A stretch of 63,963 nucleotides of DNA, the filler included, from Basidioascus undulatus (lineage: Eukaryota), in the NCBI GenBank assembly GCA_000826855.1. It is 3 parts of 3 records of this genome, joined end to end, with 100 filler letters (N's around TTAATTAATTAA, not from the genome) between each part and the next. Parts side by side here need not be neighbours in the genome. Positions count along the whole stretch, not along the records: positions 44,465 to 63,963 come from JTLS01000414.1; 2 more parts are not named here. One strand, 5' to 3'. A model generated the notes under the pieces. The model saw nothing but the letters and a program-made list of their open reading frames with translations. It was not told where the DNA came from and made no database searches. The first letter of the stretch is position 1. Each line of letters opens with the position of its first letter. Made by a program: the position numbers and the translations under genes. Shown here one piece after another: positions 50,719 through 63,259 of this stretch.

Positions 50719-52913
50719 ATGCCCACCATCTCTGAGGTCTGGCGCAGCCCTTGGTTCGCTGTTGTGGTTGTGGCGTGGACGGACTTCACATGCCCAGGCA
50801 GTGTGTGCTTGTCCTCGAGGTCTTTACCTGGCTCCAAGCCTTGATATATATTGACCGAAACCACAGTGTCCAGCGCTTTGAACGACCTAGGTGGTGGCCA
50901 GGTCGACAGCACAGTCTCAAATATCGCGAACGCCGTCTGCTTCGCACTTATCGGGGCATTCAGCACCTTCGCTGATCGTGACTATCTGAGAGATTTCTGG
51001 AGTAGTTTTCCACTCACTACAGCCTTGGATTTACTACAGCTATCATCAAGAAAGTTGGGGCCCGGCCGGCTCTCGTCCTGGGTGCCACTGGGTATGCTCC
51101 GCTGGCAGCTGCGTACTACTGCTTGAGCTCGAAGGGTTCTGGGTACAACTGGTATGTAAGTTGACTACCGGATGATCTCTTTATCAAACAGGAGCTTACA
51201 TCCCTTCCCACGACTGCTTTCCAGGTTCGTGATCTTCGCGGATGCCCTTCTTGGTAACCTCGTCCGGATAGTACGGACTACAACCAACCCTTCTAACGGG
51301 ACTCATTGCGGACAGGATTCTGCGCTGCTTCCTCTGGCCGGCTGGGCAAACCGTGCCGTCCTCGTACCCGCTAGAAAAGGACAAGGCGAAACCGATCAGC
51401 TTGAAGGCAGGCCGGTCATACTGCAGCGCAATACCGACCTTCGCCTGACGTTTGCCTTCGATTCGCAGTTCGCTTTCCAAAACCTGGGCGGGAGTTTGGG
51501 AGGTGAGTTTGGCTGGTCACTTCTGGCATTCAGGCGTTACTGACCTTCAAGGGACAGGGATCATCTCCTTGGCCCTCAACGCTCATAACAATCACTGAGG
51601 CAGTGTCTCAAAGGCGACTTACATTACATGTCAGCCTTATCCTCGACCTCAAAAAAAAAAAACCTAATGAGTAAACATCCCTTTCAAAGTCACGACCCTC
51701 ATGTGTCTCGGGTTCCCCGTCGCCGCTCTCCTCCCGCCTGCTGAGAAGGTCTGACGCAGCGACGGCAGCGCCGTGCCCGGCGCTGCCGTACAGACCACAT
51801 GGAAGGAGCAGTTCAAGCTCTTGCGGTTCGCCCTGAAGCGATCTACCACACTGGCGATGTTGTCCCCTCGCCTACTTCCAACTCGGCCTGAGCTATTGCT
51901 GGTCTGTCAACGTCGCCTACCACACCGTGCGGGCCCGTGCTCTGATGAGCTTCATCTTCTAGTGAGTGTTTACTTCCCGTCGCATGGTGTACAGGGAAGA
52001 CTGAGACTTCGGAGCATAGCTCGGTCGAAGCGGTCGGTGGAACACTTGTTATCGGCGCCTTGCTCGACAGCCCTCGCAGGCGGCGCAGCAAGAGGGCGTT
52101 CTGGGGTATCGCCATCATCCCAGCGTGCGTGCATGTGCTCACTTGTGCGTATTGACCTTCAAACAAGAACCCCTGAAGCTGGAATTATGGGCCGGCTTCA
52201 GGGACCTACGGCGTTGTCCTCAAGTCTCAATGGGGCGAGCGGACATTGGAGGAAGTCATCGATTGGGAGAACCCCCCCCCCCGACTTCGGAGACAGCTTT
52301 GTGCTCTTGCCTGCTGGTAAGTGTTGGGAGTCGTGGCCGAAAATCTGTTTTTATGATTGCTAGTGAATGCTTTCCTTTTAGTACGGCTTCACGGAATGCA
52401 ACGCTTCTACTCTTAAGAACGGTTCTTTACAGTGCTGGCCTCCTTGTCAAGGGCAGTCTGAATGTTTCGCACTGGCCTCGCTTTAATTGCAGTCATGTTC
52501 TACACTTTTGCCTCCTTACCAACTACGAGCACCTTCTCGCCACGTACAGTGGCATCGTCAACAGCCTGGGCTGCTTCGGGTGAGCGTTCCACATTGACTG
52601 ACTGCAGATTGACCAGCCCCTTGCTCACCGCTCTGGTGCCGCAGAACCGTGGCTGGATTTGGCATGGGTGTGTTTCGGAGGGTTTTGGGATCTTATTGTT
52701 TCGGTCTCACAAAGTCCCATTACAGGAATTGCCAACTTTTCAGGAATCGGGCAGGCGGGTCTTTGCCTTGGTCTTTGCCTTGGTCTGGCCCTGGCTTCGA
52801 TCCCCGGCTGGCTGTGGACTGCGAGCAAGATCCAAGATACAGAAGCAGAGCAGGATGGCTTCATCAGCTGTACACCTGACTCGTCCTCGGAGAAGGGAGA
52901 GATCACAGTGTAA
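50719..52913 (+). pseudogene. UNC-93-like MFS transporter pseudogene
   Basis: RSPWFAVVVVAWTDFTCPG, FQNLGGSLGGIISLALN and VRARALMSF. In-frame TGA at 51596-51598 (NNH*GSVS) and a frameshift near 51860. Confidence 0.8.
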
Positions 52914-53559
52914 TAATAATCACGTTTGTTGTATCAAGTGTCCTGGGGTTTCCTTGACAGGGGCTTGAATGTGATGCTATCGGCACGAATGCTGTTACTG
53001 TAGGATGTAAACCGGTCGAGATATGCGCCATCAAGGCAGATTTAGATTGAGTTAGATCCCTATACGCCAGAATGTAAGACCTGAACCTGTCGAAGTTCCG
53101 TTGTGCGTGTGACATTCGATGCACCGCGACGGGTTTTGTCGGTGTCGACTGTGGGCCAACTGCGATCGTGACTGCACAAAGCCTTTGAGACATTTCCGTT
53201 TCCTTTTAATCTCTATAAGTAAATTTTCGCCATGCCCTCAGACTGCTGCGTAGGGGGGGAAAAAAAAAAAGCTGCTGCCGGTAGCTCTCGACTCGCTGCT
53301 GCCCTGCCAACCCTGGCTCTCTCCTAGCGGGCTGGATAAAGATAATAAGCAGAAACATTTCTTCCCAGAAAATAGGTTTCAGTGAGTCAATGTACTGCAT
53401 AAAACTGGACTCGGTGAATGGTCGTTTCCCTGCTGACGTGCTAACCTGTACGTAACGGAAACAGCCGGCAACCTTCCCCGGTTGGCCGGCGCCTGCTCTC
53501 CATCTCCCTCTCGTCCCTCCTTGCGTCTTCTGGACCGAATTCCATCACCACCGCGCGCC

Positions 53560-54866
53560 ATGTCATCAGAGGAGAAGAAGCCGGCGCACCCGTCACCAGT
53601 GACTGTGGAGGATGAGGACGATCTGGACGATCTCGATGGTCCGTTCCTCTCCTTGCCGTCCACAGTCCCCCCGCCCTTCCAGCTCATCTCCTCCTCCCCC
53701 AGACGTCCTAACCGCCTTCTCCGCGGGTCACCCACCCGCCGAAACCCAACCACCCCCGTCGCACGCCCCAGCCTCCGCAACCGCACCCGGAGCCGCACCC
53801 ACGGAGTCAGAAGACGACTTCGAGGCGGAGCTCGCGCAGGGCATGGAGAAGCTCATGCGGGAGCTTGCGGCGGTCCAAGCCGGGGGCGGCGAGGACGGGG
53901 GCAAGGAAGAGGAGGAAGACCTCCTTAAGGCCTGGGAGAAGGTGATGAATACCGAGAAGGAGCGGACGGAAAGCGGCGCTGGGAGCCGTCGGGCAGGAGC
54001 TGGCTCGGGGACGCGAACGCATGGCGCGCCTGGTGCGGGGAACTTCCAGGACTCGATCCAAGCTGCTATGGACCGGCTACGGGACTCTTCCGAAGGCGTC
54101 TCTGTACGTATTCCTTCTCCAATCCCGTCCACGCTTCCTCGTCCTGGGTACTGACTGAGCTGCCGGCGCGGACCGTGTAGGCCGGGCTGAACAACGAATC
54201 AAACGACCCTCTCGCGGCCCTGCTCGCTTCCCTGGGAGCCGCGGGCGGCGCAGGTGCGGATGCGGCGGGCGGGCCCGAGGGGCTGAATGGGATGCTCGAG
54301 GAGATGATGGAGCAGTTGATGAGCAAGGAGGTGCTCTATGAGCCGTTGCGGGAGCTTAACGAGAAGGTGTGCTCCTTCCCCATACCCCTTCCCTTTTCCA
54401 TTCCAGCAAGTGAGAGAGATGCTTAATGCTGAAACGTAACCTCAGTATCCTTCCTACCTCGCCGAGCACGCCCCGCCCAAGATCGCACAGGCCGAGCACG
54501 AGCGATACACGAATCAGGCGGGCATCGTCAAGGAGATCGTCGCCAAGTTCGAGGACCCGCGGTATGCGGCCGATGGGCCCATGGCGAAGGAGGTGGTGGA
54601 GCTGATGAACAAGGTTCGCCCTTCCATCCTTTACCTCACTTTTTCGTATGTTCTCTGGCTCTCGGGCCCTTGAGATCTGGCCATCGTCGTAATCTCGCCT
54701 ATTATCTCTTTTGAGACTGACGCGGCACGCGATCCGGATGCAGATGCAAGAGTGCGGCTCGCCCCCGAAAGAAATTATGGCAGACCTGGGCGGCGGCGGG
54801 CTGGAGCTCGGCGAGGACGGCATGCCCAAGCTGCCGAGCGATATGGAGGACTGTGTGGTCATGTAG
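53560..54866 (+). CDS. PEX19: Peroxin 19
   Basis: EDEDDLDDLD N-terminus, MMEQLMSKEVLYEPLRELNEKYPSYL, MQECGSPPKEIM and a C-terminal CaaX box CVVM*. Confidence 0.95.
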
Positions 54867-55878
54867 CTGGGCGCATTCTTGGGATGGGCGGCGGGGACGC
54901 GCACACGTGCGCGGAGATGGGTAGATGCGGCTGGAGAGCGGGCGGGTTGAGGGATCGAGTCAGGTGTTGAGGAACGACGACCATGCTGAATGAACCAGTG
55001 CAAATCAACCTAGGGCCCGCGAGCTTGTCCTATGGACAGCCTAACCGCTCCTTCGCACGAGCTTATAAGAGGACTTAATGTGATCGTGGGCATCGCGAGT
55101 GCCTTACGATTGACCGATGCAAGCGATCTGTGAGCCGACGTCCAAGAACAGTCATGACGGTATTGACATATCATTGTTGTCTGCCGCGATACCCGGCGCT
55201 ACGAGTGAGATGGGCCATTCCAACTCGAGAACTGGAGGCTGCGAAATACCGGAAGCTCGTCCATATCGCATCCGCAGGCTTTCACCACCAAAGGACTCTG
55301 GGAACTTTCATCTTCAACCAATGGGAGACTTCTTCATATCGGTTCTAAGGGCAAAGAAGGTTTGTCAAGAGATCCCCCTCAAGTTGGTGCTTCGAAGGAA
55401 GGTGGGGACCCACAGCCCCTGACCTCCACGCGAGGATCAGTGATTTTGGACCGCCTGTGCCTGAAATAAAAATGGATCGCCTGCTGCTCTTTTGAAGCCA
55501 ATCCTTCTTTCCGTTCAAGAGGATATCCTTCGTTGTACACTGGCACTGCAGAGTCCAAGCCGTCTTTACATACTTGCGTCATGACAATTGGCAACTCGAG
55601 CCGAGCAAGACCTCGTGAGATGAGAGCCGACTCAGCTGGGCGAGGCTCTCATCAGGAACCCCCCCACGAATATGTAGCGTCTCACGTTAACCCTGGGCTA
55701 CCTATTTTTGAGCTGGGTCTCCGCATTCTGCCCTTATCACCTGCTTCCCCAGGTTCTTGGCCACATTGCAAAGCACCGGTGGGTGGTCGCCCGTGTAAGA
55801 AGACAAAGGTCTTTCTTTGCCCCTTTGCCTCGTTCCCTCATCTCACAGGCCTTACGTTCTCGCATTATCATCCCTCTC

Positions 55879-58500
55879 ATGAACAACATGACGTTCACGG
55901 ACGAGAAGAAGAATGCCGACTTCCAAGGGGCTGACGTGGAATCCGCCGCGGCGGCTGACACGGTGCACACCGTGGACGACATGGACATCGACCCATACGC
56001 GGCCGTGGAGGGGAAGGAGGGAGACCACATAGAGTACCGGACGATGGGCTGGTTGCAGGCTGGGGCGCTCATCACAGCTGAGGTACGTTGCTCCATGAAA
56101 TTTAGGGGGTCGTGTGGCTCACGCACACTCACGTACGGCAGACCATCGCGCTGGGCATCCTGAGCTTCCCTTCCGTGTTCCATCGCCTAGGTATGTGTTC
56201 ATCTCAGGATAGTGAAGGGATGGAACCCTTCTGAACCCTGGGGGTTCAGGAATGTTTGGTGGAGTATTCACGACTGTGGCGCTGGCGGTACTGTCATGGC
56301 AAACGGGTTACGTGTTGGTGCAGTTCAAGGTACGTCAACCTCAACGCAAGCTTGGCGCGTCGACCGCCCACTGACAACCCCTTCAATAGATGAACCAGTA
56401 GGTCTTTGGCGGTTCGATGATGTCGACGGGTTCTAACTTGTCGGCAGCCCGGGTGTAATGAACTTCGCCGATGCGGGGCGAGTCATAGCGGGAAAGTGGG
56501 GTGGGTGGATTCTCGGAGGAGGTCTGATCCTCAAGGTGCGCATAGCCTTCGTACCTTCCCGAACGTGTGCTGACCGTATTCTCTCAGACTACCTTAATCG
56601 CGGGCTCCCATGAGCTTTCAGGCGCCATTGCGTTGAAAAGCATCAGCTCGAACGTGATCTGTAGCATCGCATGGGCGGCCATTATTGGCGTATTAGGATT
56701 CATCGTGCGCCCAACCGACTTTCCCTGCTTTCCAATAAACGCAGCACTGACACCGCGATGAAACAGCTCTCTGTTCCCCGTACTTTCGAGAAAGTCTCCT
56801 ACATCTCGTGAGTTTCCAAACGTCCAGAAGGGCGGCAGGCGATTTCATAACGACGAATTCTGCAGCTTCCTCTCGGTCGGGGCTATCCTCACTTCTTGCT
56901 TTATCACCCTCGTTGCCGCTGGGGTTCGTAAAAACTGCTTAAACTTATTTGCAATTTATGCTGACTTCGGAAGTGAGCAGGTGCAAGACCCCTCCGTGCT
57001 GGTTTCTCCGGGCGAAGAGCCCATCCGCTGGCATGCATTCGAAAACCATGGTTTGGACGGCACGATTGGAGGTGAGTCTTCCCCCTTGAGTGAATACCAT
57101 TGAGTTATTGAATTACTGATATCGGTTTCAGCATTTACCAACATCATTTGTTCGTCTGTTCGAGCTCGATATATGCGACAGCGTCCACTGACGGCAGAGG
57201 GTGGGCAGTTGCCTACGGCGGACATGTCGCCATTTTCTCGTTCTGCTCGGAGATGCGCAACCCCAAGGACTTCAAGAAGTCGCTGGCCCTCGTCCAAAGT
57301 ATGTCACCTTATGTCACGTAGCGATGGGCAGTCTCTTACAACGTACGATTCCACAGCACTCTCGGTAAACTACTCTTGTTTCTTCACCGACCATAGCGCA
57401 AGTCCTCTGCTGACGCCATGCCCTATTTAGACGATCGCGTATGTCATTGTGGGAGCGGTAGGCTATCGTTACATGGGCCAGTATGCGCCTTCCCCCGCTT
57501 TAAGTGGCACTTCGAAGCCCGTGCACATCACGGCCTAGTAAGTCCGCCCTTATGACCTGCGGCAGGCTCTCAATGAACAACGGACTGACAACTTTCCCGT
57601 TCCAGTGCAATCGCACTCATCAGCATTGTTCGTCGTCTCGCAGACCAAGATGTTTGACCGTTATCGCTGACATCTGCGCGAAACAGATTATCTCCGGCGT
57701 CGTGCGTCCTCATCAAGCCCAGTGACTTGACTTTAGCACTGACAAATTGCCTTGTTCCCGTCTAAGGTTCCGGCATACGTAGGTAAGGCAATGGATTAAA
57801 AATTGCGATCATGCCGAAGATTTATTGACATAATGTGTAGGTGGCAAGTGGCTCTACATGACAATGTTCCGCGGCACGAAGACTCTCACAAGCCGGTGAG
57901 ATTCCTCAACGAGTCCTCGCGAGAGGAGACACCTCTCTAACACCGACCTTGCAGCGGCCTTCGCGCGTGGTTGTACTGGGCCGGTATCATGGCAACGATC
58001 TGGATCATCGGCTTCATTATCGCGGAACTCATCCCCTTCTTCTCGCAACTGCTTTCCATCATTTCTAGCATTCTCACCGTATGGTCAGTCCGCAGCTCTT
58101 CTGACGCGATCGCATACAACTAACTGTTCAAACGCAGGTTCACCTACGGTCTGAGTGGGGTTCTCTGGCTCTACGACAATAACCCCAAGGCCAAGAAGCC
58201 CTGGACCATGGGTGGTTACTTCTCAAGCGTCAAGAAGGCATTCTTGACGCTGCTCAGCATTTTCGTCGTGCGTTGCCAGCCCACTACCCCTGAGTCCCAC
58301 GCTGAACTATCATCCGTTTCTTTCACAGATCATCATGAGCACAGTTATCATGGTCCTCGGAATCTACTCGGCAGTCAAGGGAATTATCGACGGCGTAAGT
58401 AGTGTTCATCTGTTCAAGCTATGTGCCGGACGCTCATTCCTTCGGGCTTTCGCAGTACGCGCAAGGCGACTATTCCCATCCCTTCGCTTGTGCAACTTGA
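55879..58500 (+). CDS. Amino acid/auxin permease family transporter (Mtr-like neutral amino acid permease), highly intron-rich
   Basis: YRTMGWLQAGALITAETIALGILSFPSVF, HPGVMNFADAG, AYGGHVAIFSFCSEMRNPKDFKKSL and FIIAELIPFFSQLLSIISS. Ends HPFACAT*. Confidence 0.92.
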
Positions 58501-58699
58501 ATTAATGTAATATTTCTGGGTATTAGTAGATTACACTCGGAGTAGATTGCCGTACTGTTTTTATTGGCATTACGACGAGCACATAACGAACGGCAGGGAC
58601 TTCCGCCCCACATTCGGGCTGATATCAAACTTGAACAGAACCATATCACACGAAGTGTTCACACAAAGCGTTCATTGCGCAGGAGTTCAGGGTTGATAA

Positions 58700-59823
58700 G
58701 GTATTCTAGTACTGCATGGCTGCGCGGGGCCGAGCTTCGTTGAGGTGATATGTGCGTCGAAACAGCGCATCTACAAGCCACACCGGCGCGTGCGCAAAGA
58801 TCCACCAAGCGACCCATGCCTTACTGGTGGGGAATTATCAGTAATCCGGACTCTAGGGGCACTGCATCAAAGATTACGCACGTTCCTGCGAAGATGTGCG
58901 CACTCGGAACAGGCCGAAGAATCCTCCGTACCGCCTCGTCCGCGAAATCGGCAGCTGGAACCTTCGGGACGTTCATGACCGCATGGCGATTGCGAAATGC
59001 ATCCTATAAGTTTGCGTAGTGGCTTGTGGTGCTCTGTAGATCTGCGAGTCGCAAAACCCCGGAGACCGAGTTCGTCTCGACCCCACCTGGCTAGGAGAAG
59101 GACTCGGGTGCCGAGCGGGGCGAGCTCGAGGCGAAGAGAGTCGGAGAGTGCGTGCACGGCGGCTTTCGAGGAACAATACACCCCTTGCCACGGTAGATGT
59201 ATCTCGTAGTTTGTCAGCGGGAATTACATCTTCTCCAGGCATGGCGGTCGTACCCCACGAATACCCGCAGTGGAGCCGACGTTGACGAGCGTGCCATGGC
59301 ATTGCACGGCCATTAACGGGACGAACGCTTGAGTAACAGCCAGTAGTCCGAATACATTAGTCTCGAAGACCTGCGATAAGAAATTGGTCAGCCTGTATTC
59401 CGCTTTATGAGATGCAGCGGGGCGCTATGTGAGACGCGGCGATTACTGCTAACCTTGCGGACACCCCTCAGGTCTGCTTCAATCTGAACGTCACGCCCCC
59501 CTATACCAGCGTTGTTAATGAGGAGGTCACGACGGCCGCTCTTCTTATTGAAGCTTTCGAGGGCAAGCTTGACGGAGTCTGCGGAGGCGACGTCGAGCGC
59601 AAGGAGCTGAGCGGAAACTCCGGGTTAGCGTATGCGTGCCTTTGAAATGGCAAGGCTTACTTCAATACCCTCCTGCTGTAGAGTGCCGGCCCTGCCTTCT
59701 GACGTATTGTACCATATACACGGTATCCACGCTTGAGCAGAGCGAGGCAGAGATGTAGCCGGTGCCCCCTTCGCTCACTCCGGTTACGAGCGCAATGGAC
59801 CGGTGGTCGTCCTGCTTAACCAT
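58700..59823 (-). pseudogene. Short-chain dehydrogenase (Ayr1-like) pseudogene
   Basis: IALVTGVSEGGTG, LALDVAS, DLLINNAG, VFETNVFG, LVNVGS and [23 protein letters not shown]. At least two frameshifts in the first exon. 3' end approximate. Confidence 0.82.
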
Positions 59824-61369
59824 GATATCGAGGACTGAGTGACGAAAGTCATTCAGATGGGTCCCATTGAAGAAGATAAGCAACATTTATGCAGACGCTT
59901 CGCTGTCATGTTCGTCAGCAACGATGTCCACGTAAGTCGTCGCCGAGCCCGAGAGCTGGAGCCTGCCCACACTCGTGCTCATAACGTGAACAACCGGCGA
60001 GTAGGAATGTCTTTCTTCGTGAAATATTTCCGCGGGGGATCATTGCTATATGTACTATTGGGCACAGTCACGAGTTTGTCTGCGGCCATGCTAACTCCCA
60101 GGCCATCCAGCGCCCGCACCGCATAGCAGCGCCAGTCCGCTCTTCCCACGCAAGTCCACTGTGATAACATTCCCACATTGAGTCCTGCCAGATTCAGCCA
60201 GTGGTTTCCCCTCTTAACCATGCATGTTATGCGGAGTATGGCAAATCCCTTGCTGCGCGCATGCTCGCACCGCGGCATTGCCAGGCAGTATGAACGACTA
60301 TAAGCGGGCTTGCACGTTACGTGGCCTGATATTATACTGGAGCTCATGCAAAGATAGTCAACAATCTGCTTTGCTGCCTCTTGGGGTCCTACAAACTAAG
60401 GTGCCCGGGCCGGCGAAGCGAGCGTGAAAGGACTCCGACTGACAATACTCGTTGATCTTTACCATTCACAGGGGCTGGTCCAAATATGTTAGAACATCTT
60501 GAATAAAGGAGGCTCAGATACCCCGCAGGTGTTGTGCGCCAATAATGCGACCCTCATGTTGGGGCACCGACTGCTGAAGTCTCCGCCCAATATCGCAGTT
60601 GGCTCTCCGCAAGTGCATTGACCTTCTTTAACTGAAGAAAACAAACATTTAATGGTTGCTCAATTCACAGAGCGGTTAATGGGAAGCATGACGGTGTGTA
60701 ACAACGCCTTCCTGGATGTGCGCGTTGCCTTTGTGCCATGCACGGGCATAAACAAACTGCATTCGCACGAATGTGCTCGTTCCTCTTCTCCATTGTACCT
60801 AGAAAACAGCCTTATATCTTCGTAAAACGTAAAAAGGAAACGAGTGACTTTTTCCATCTTGCCCACCTTGGACGCCTTGCCCTTAGCATCGCCTTCCGCA
60901 ATGCTCTCTCTTTAGCAAACTTAGTGGCCGATTTAGAGGCTGGCTGCGCCCGGTACGTCTTGATTGTTCCACATATGAGTTCCACTGGGCTGAGATACTT
61001 ACCCAGATCGCTTCTCACGCACACAATCGCCCTCAAGAGTTCATCAGCAAGGTCCCCGCGCCCGTGTGGCGTCGTGTCGGGGCGTTCTGCGACCGGGCAG
61101 ACTTCATCGCACTGGCTGGTACCTGCAGGGCTCTGCGACAGCCCTTGTTCCAACAGTCTTCGAAGGTTATCTGCAGGTCCTTACTCGCTAAGATGTCGCC
61201 GACGTCCTAAATCTCCTGAGCAGGTATCTAAGTCTTCCTCCTGCCGTCACGTACGTGCCTGTGCAGAGCAGCTCCCTTTCATATCAAAAATGACAGAAGA
61301 TCTGATATCTTAAAATGCATCTGATCAGTCGCTTCCAAATAGGCTCCTCCAGCCCACGCGGCCGACAGG

Positions 61370-62544
61370 ATGCCGCCGAGATGGACGCGAATTTCTTCAA
61401 CGCGACCGCTCAAATTATGATCGATTATCTCCCAAATCTCGATGTCTTTCGCCTCCTCCTCGTCAGACGCTTTGAGCCCAATACCAATCCCTCGACCTGC
61501 TCATGCGCACGCCGCCGTGCTACAAACGCCACCGTTGCGCTTAATCGACATCACCTATAATCCCTACAAGTTTGCATCAGGATTCCCAACATCGAACGGC
61601 CATTTGAGATCCATCTACCATCACCAGACCCATCCGGTTGAGGAACCCCACCTGGGGCTTTGCTGACTTTGTCTTCGACCTCGCTCGGGCAAACGCTCCA
61701 GCGTTGCGGCGTCTTGACCTCTCCTTGGCGTTTGTCGACACATTCGCCCCGACGGGAGCGAAATGACGGACGGGTGAGACGAACAAGACGCGAATGGCCA
61801 ATATCCCAGCATTAATTCTCTAAACCCTCGAACTTGCCAAGTCGCTGATCGACGTCAAGCTCACCGGCATCTGGACGAGGGATGAACGGCCACAATGGGG
61901 ACCCGCCGTGCCCACAACTTCCTCTACTCCATCCGCCGCATCAGCTGAACCAGGTTCGCCTTGACGAGGGCATACTGCGACACCTCGACTCTCTCCGCTC
62001 TTTAAACATCGGCGACAACGACACGTCCACCTTGTCCACTCTGAGGCAACAACTTCCTGTGCCTGTAAATGTCACCGAGCTCCCGGTTGTGACGCATGTG
62101 AGATTTGACCAGGAAGCGTTTTTGAAGCGCTGGTGCGCGTTCCGAACATCGAGATCCTGGAGCTCAGACTGCACGCCCAAACTGGAAGGTTAGTCAGATC
62201 TACCACCCCGCACTGCCGGCAGCATCTACTAACGCAGCTTCTCCCTGTAGGACCTGAAGCACATTTTTCAAGACGTCTTCCTTCAACGCATGCAATGGCT
62301 GTATCTTACAGGCGAGGCGCCCGGCGCAGGCGCTCGTGAACGCCGCGCTGTGCGCCGACTCGCAGTCAACATACCTTCGCTCGTACGCGTGATCTGGCAC
62401 GACGCCTCTGCGAAGGAAGACTTCCGTGTATACGGGATCACGGCTCGCCGGAACACGCCAAGAGGCACATGGTCCAGTTGTTGCACACCGTCGCAAGGCG
62501 CGGTAAGTTTGCGAAAGTTTCACCAGTTCATCCACAGCAACTGA
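61370..62544 (+). pseudogene. F-box-like/RNI pseudogene
   Basis: QIMIDYLPNLDVFRLLLVRRF, APALRRLDL, VPNIEILEL and IPSLVRVIW, split across frames with stops. Confidence 0.55.
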
Positions 62545-62737
62545 CGATCCCTACTACCGCAGCCGCTGGCAGTTCATTTCGCGGGCTTGAGAGGACTGCT
62601 CCTCCTAGCCAAGACTTTCTATTGAATAATGTTCAGCAAAGCCTGTAAATAGGTCGCTGAGCGCTGGAGGACACACGGGGGCGACGTGTAGGGCCTGACG
62701 ACCATGTTTCCCATTCGGGAATGTCTCTGACGACCTC

Positions 62738-62760
62738 TGTGTGTGTGTGTGTGTGTGTGT
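62738..62760. repeat. (TG)n microsatellite
   Basis: About 11 consecutive TG units. Confidence 0.95.
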
Positions 62761-63259
62761 TAGATACAGGAGATGAGGGCTCAGTCCCTCCACTGCTTAA
62801 ACCCGCAAAAAAAAAAAGCAATATGAAGAAACCCTAGGGGCGCACCCTACAACCACTGTCCCCCGGCTTACACGGGGAGTGGGTTCGAGGTTTCCCTAGG
62901 CGGCCGTTGATAGCTTAAGCGGACCAAGCTCAGTCGTATTCTAAGACAAGCTGACGCGCGGACAACAACGTGCCTACGGGGCGCCTCTGGTCTGCCGTTT
63001 GCTTCGTTCCACGGGGTGCGGTAGCGACCGATACCTTGGAACCCCTCCCACCCAGCCCAATATGCCGACAGATGCTGCTGCCGCAGCGCGGCACCCAAGC
63101 CACCACCAGCGACCACCGGAAAGAGAAAATGCGTGTGTGAGGAGTGCATGCGAACGAAGCAAAAGGGGAAAGCATGCACAGCGAATGGATCGCCTAGAGA
63201 AAACGAAAGGAAGAAATCGAATTGTAAATCGAAGAATCCTCAAACCCCACAGCCCCTCC

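Noticed and set aside
17400..51598. RIP-like hypermutation as the cause of pseudogenes
   Set aside because: A few stops fit C-to-T changes (17400, 17526, 51596), but others are transversions or indels. There are too few sites and no ancestral alignment to support the claim.
52758..52786. 12-bp tandem repeat GGTCTTTGCCTT
   Set aside because: A small slippage duplication inside the MFS pseudogene, with no separate function evident.
31039..54866. Peroxisome-related cluster (PTS1 quinone reductase, AAT, PEX19)
   Set aside because: The genes are far apart and separated by an artificial join. AAT ends AVSR* with no visible PTS1 or readthrough motif.
62829..62905. Telomere-like AACCCTA/CCCTAG words
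   Set aside because: Isolated single units, not a tandem array.
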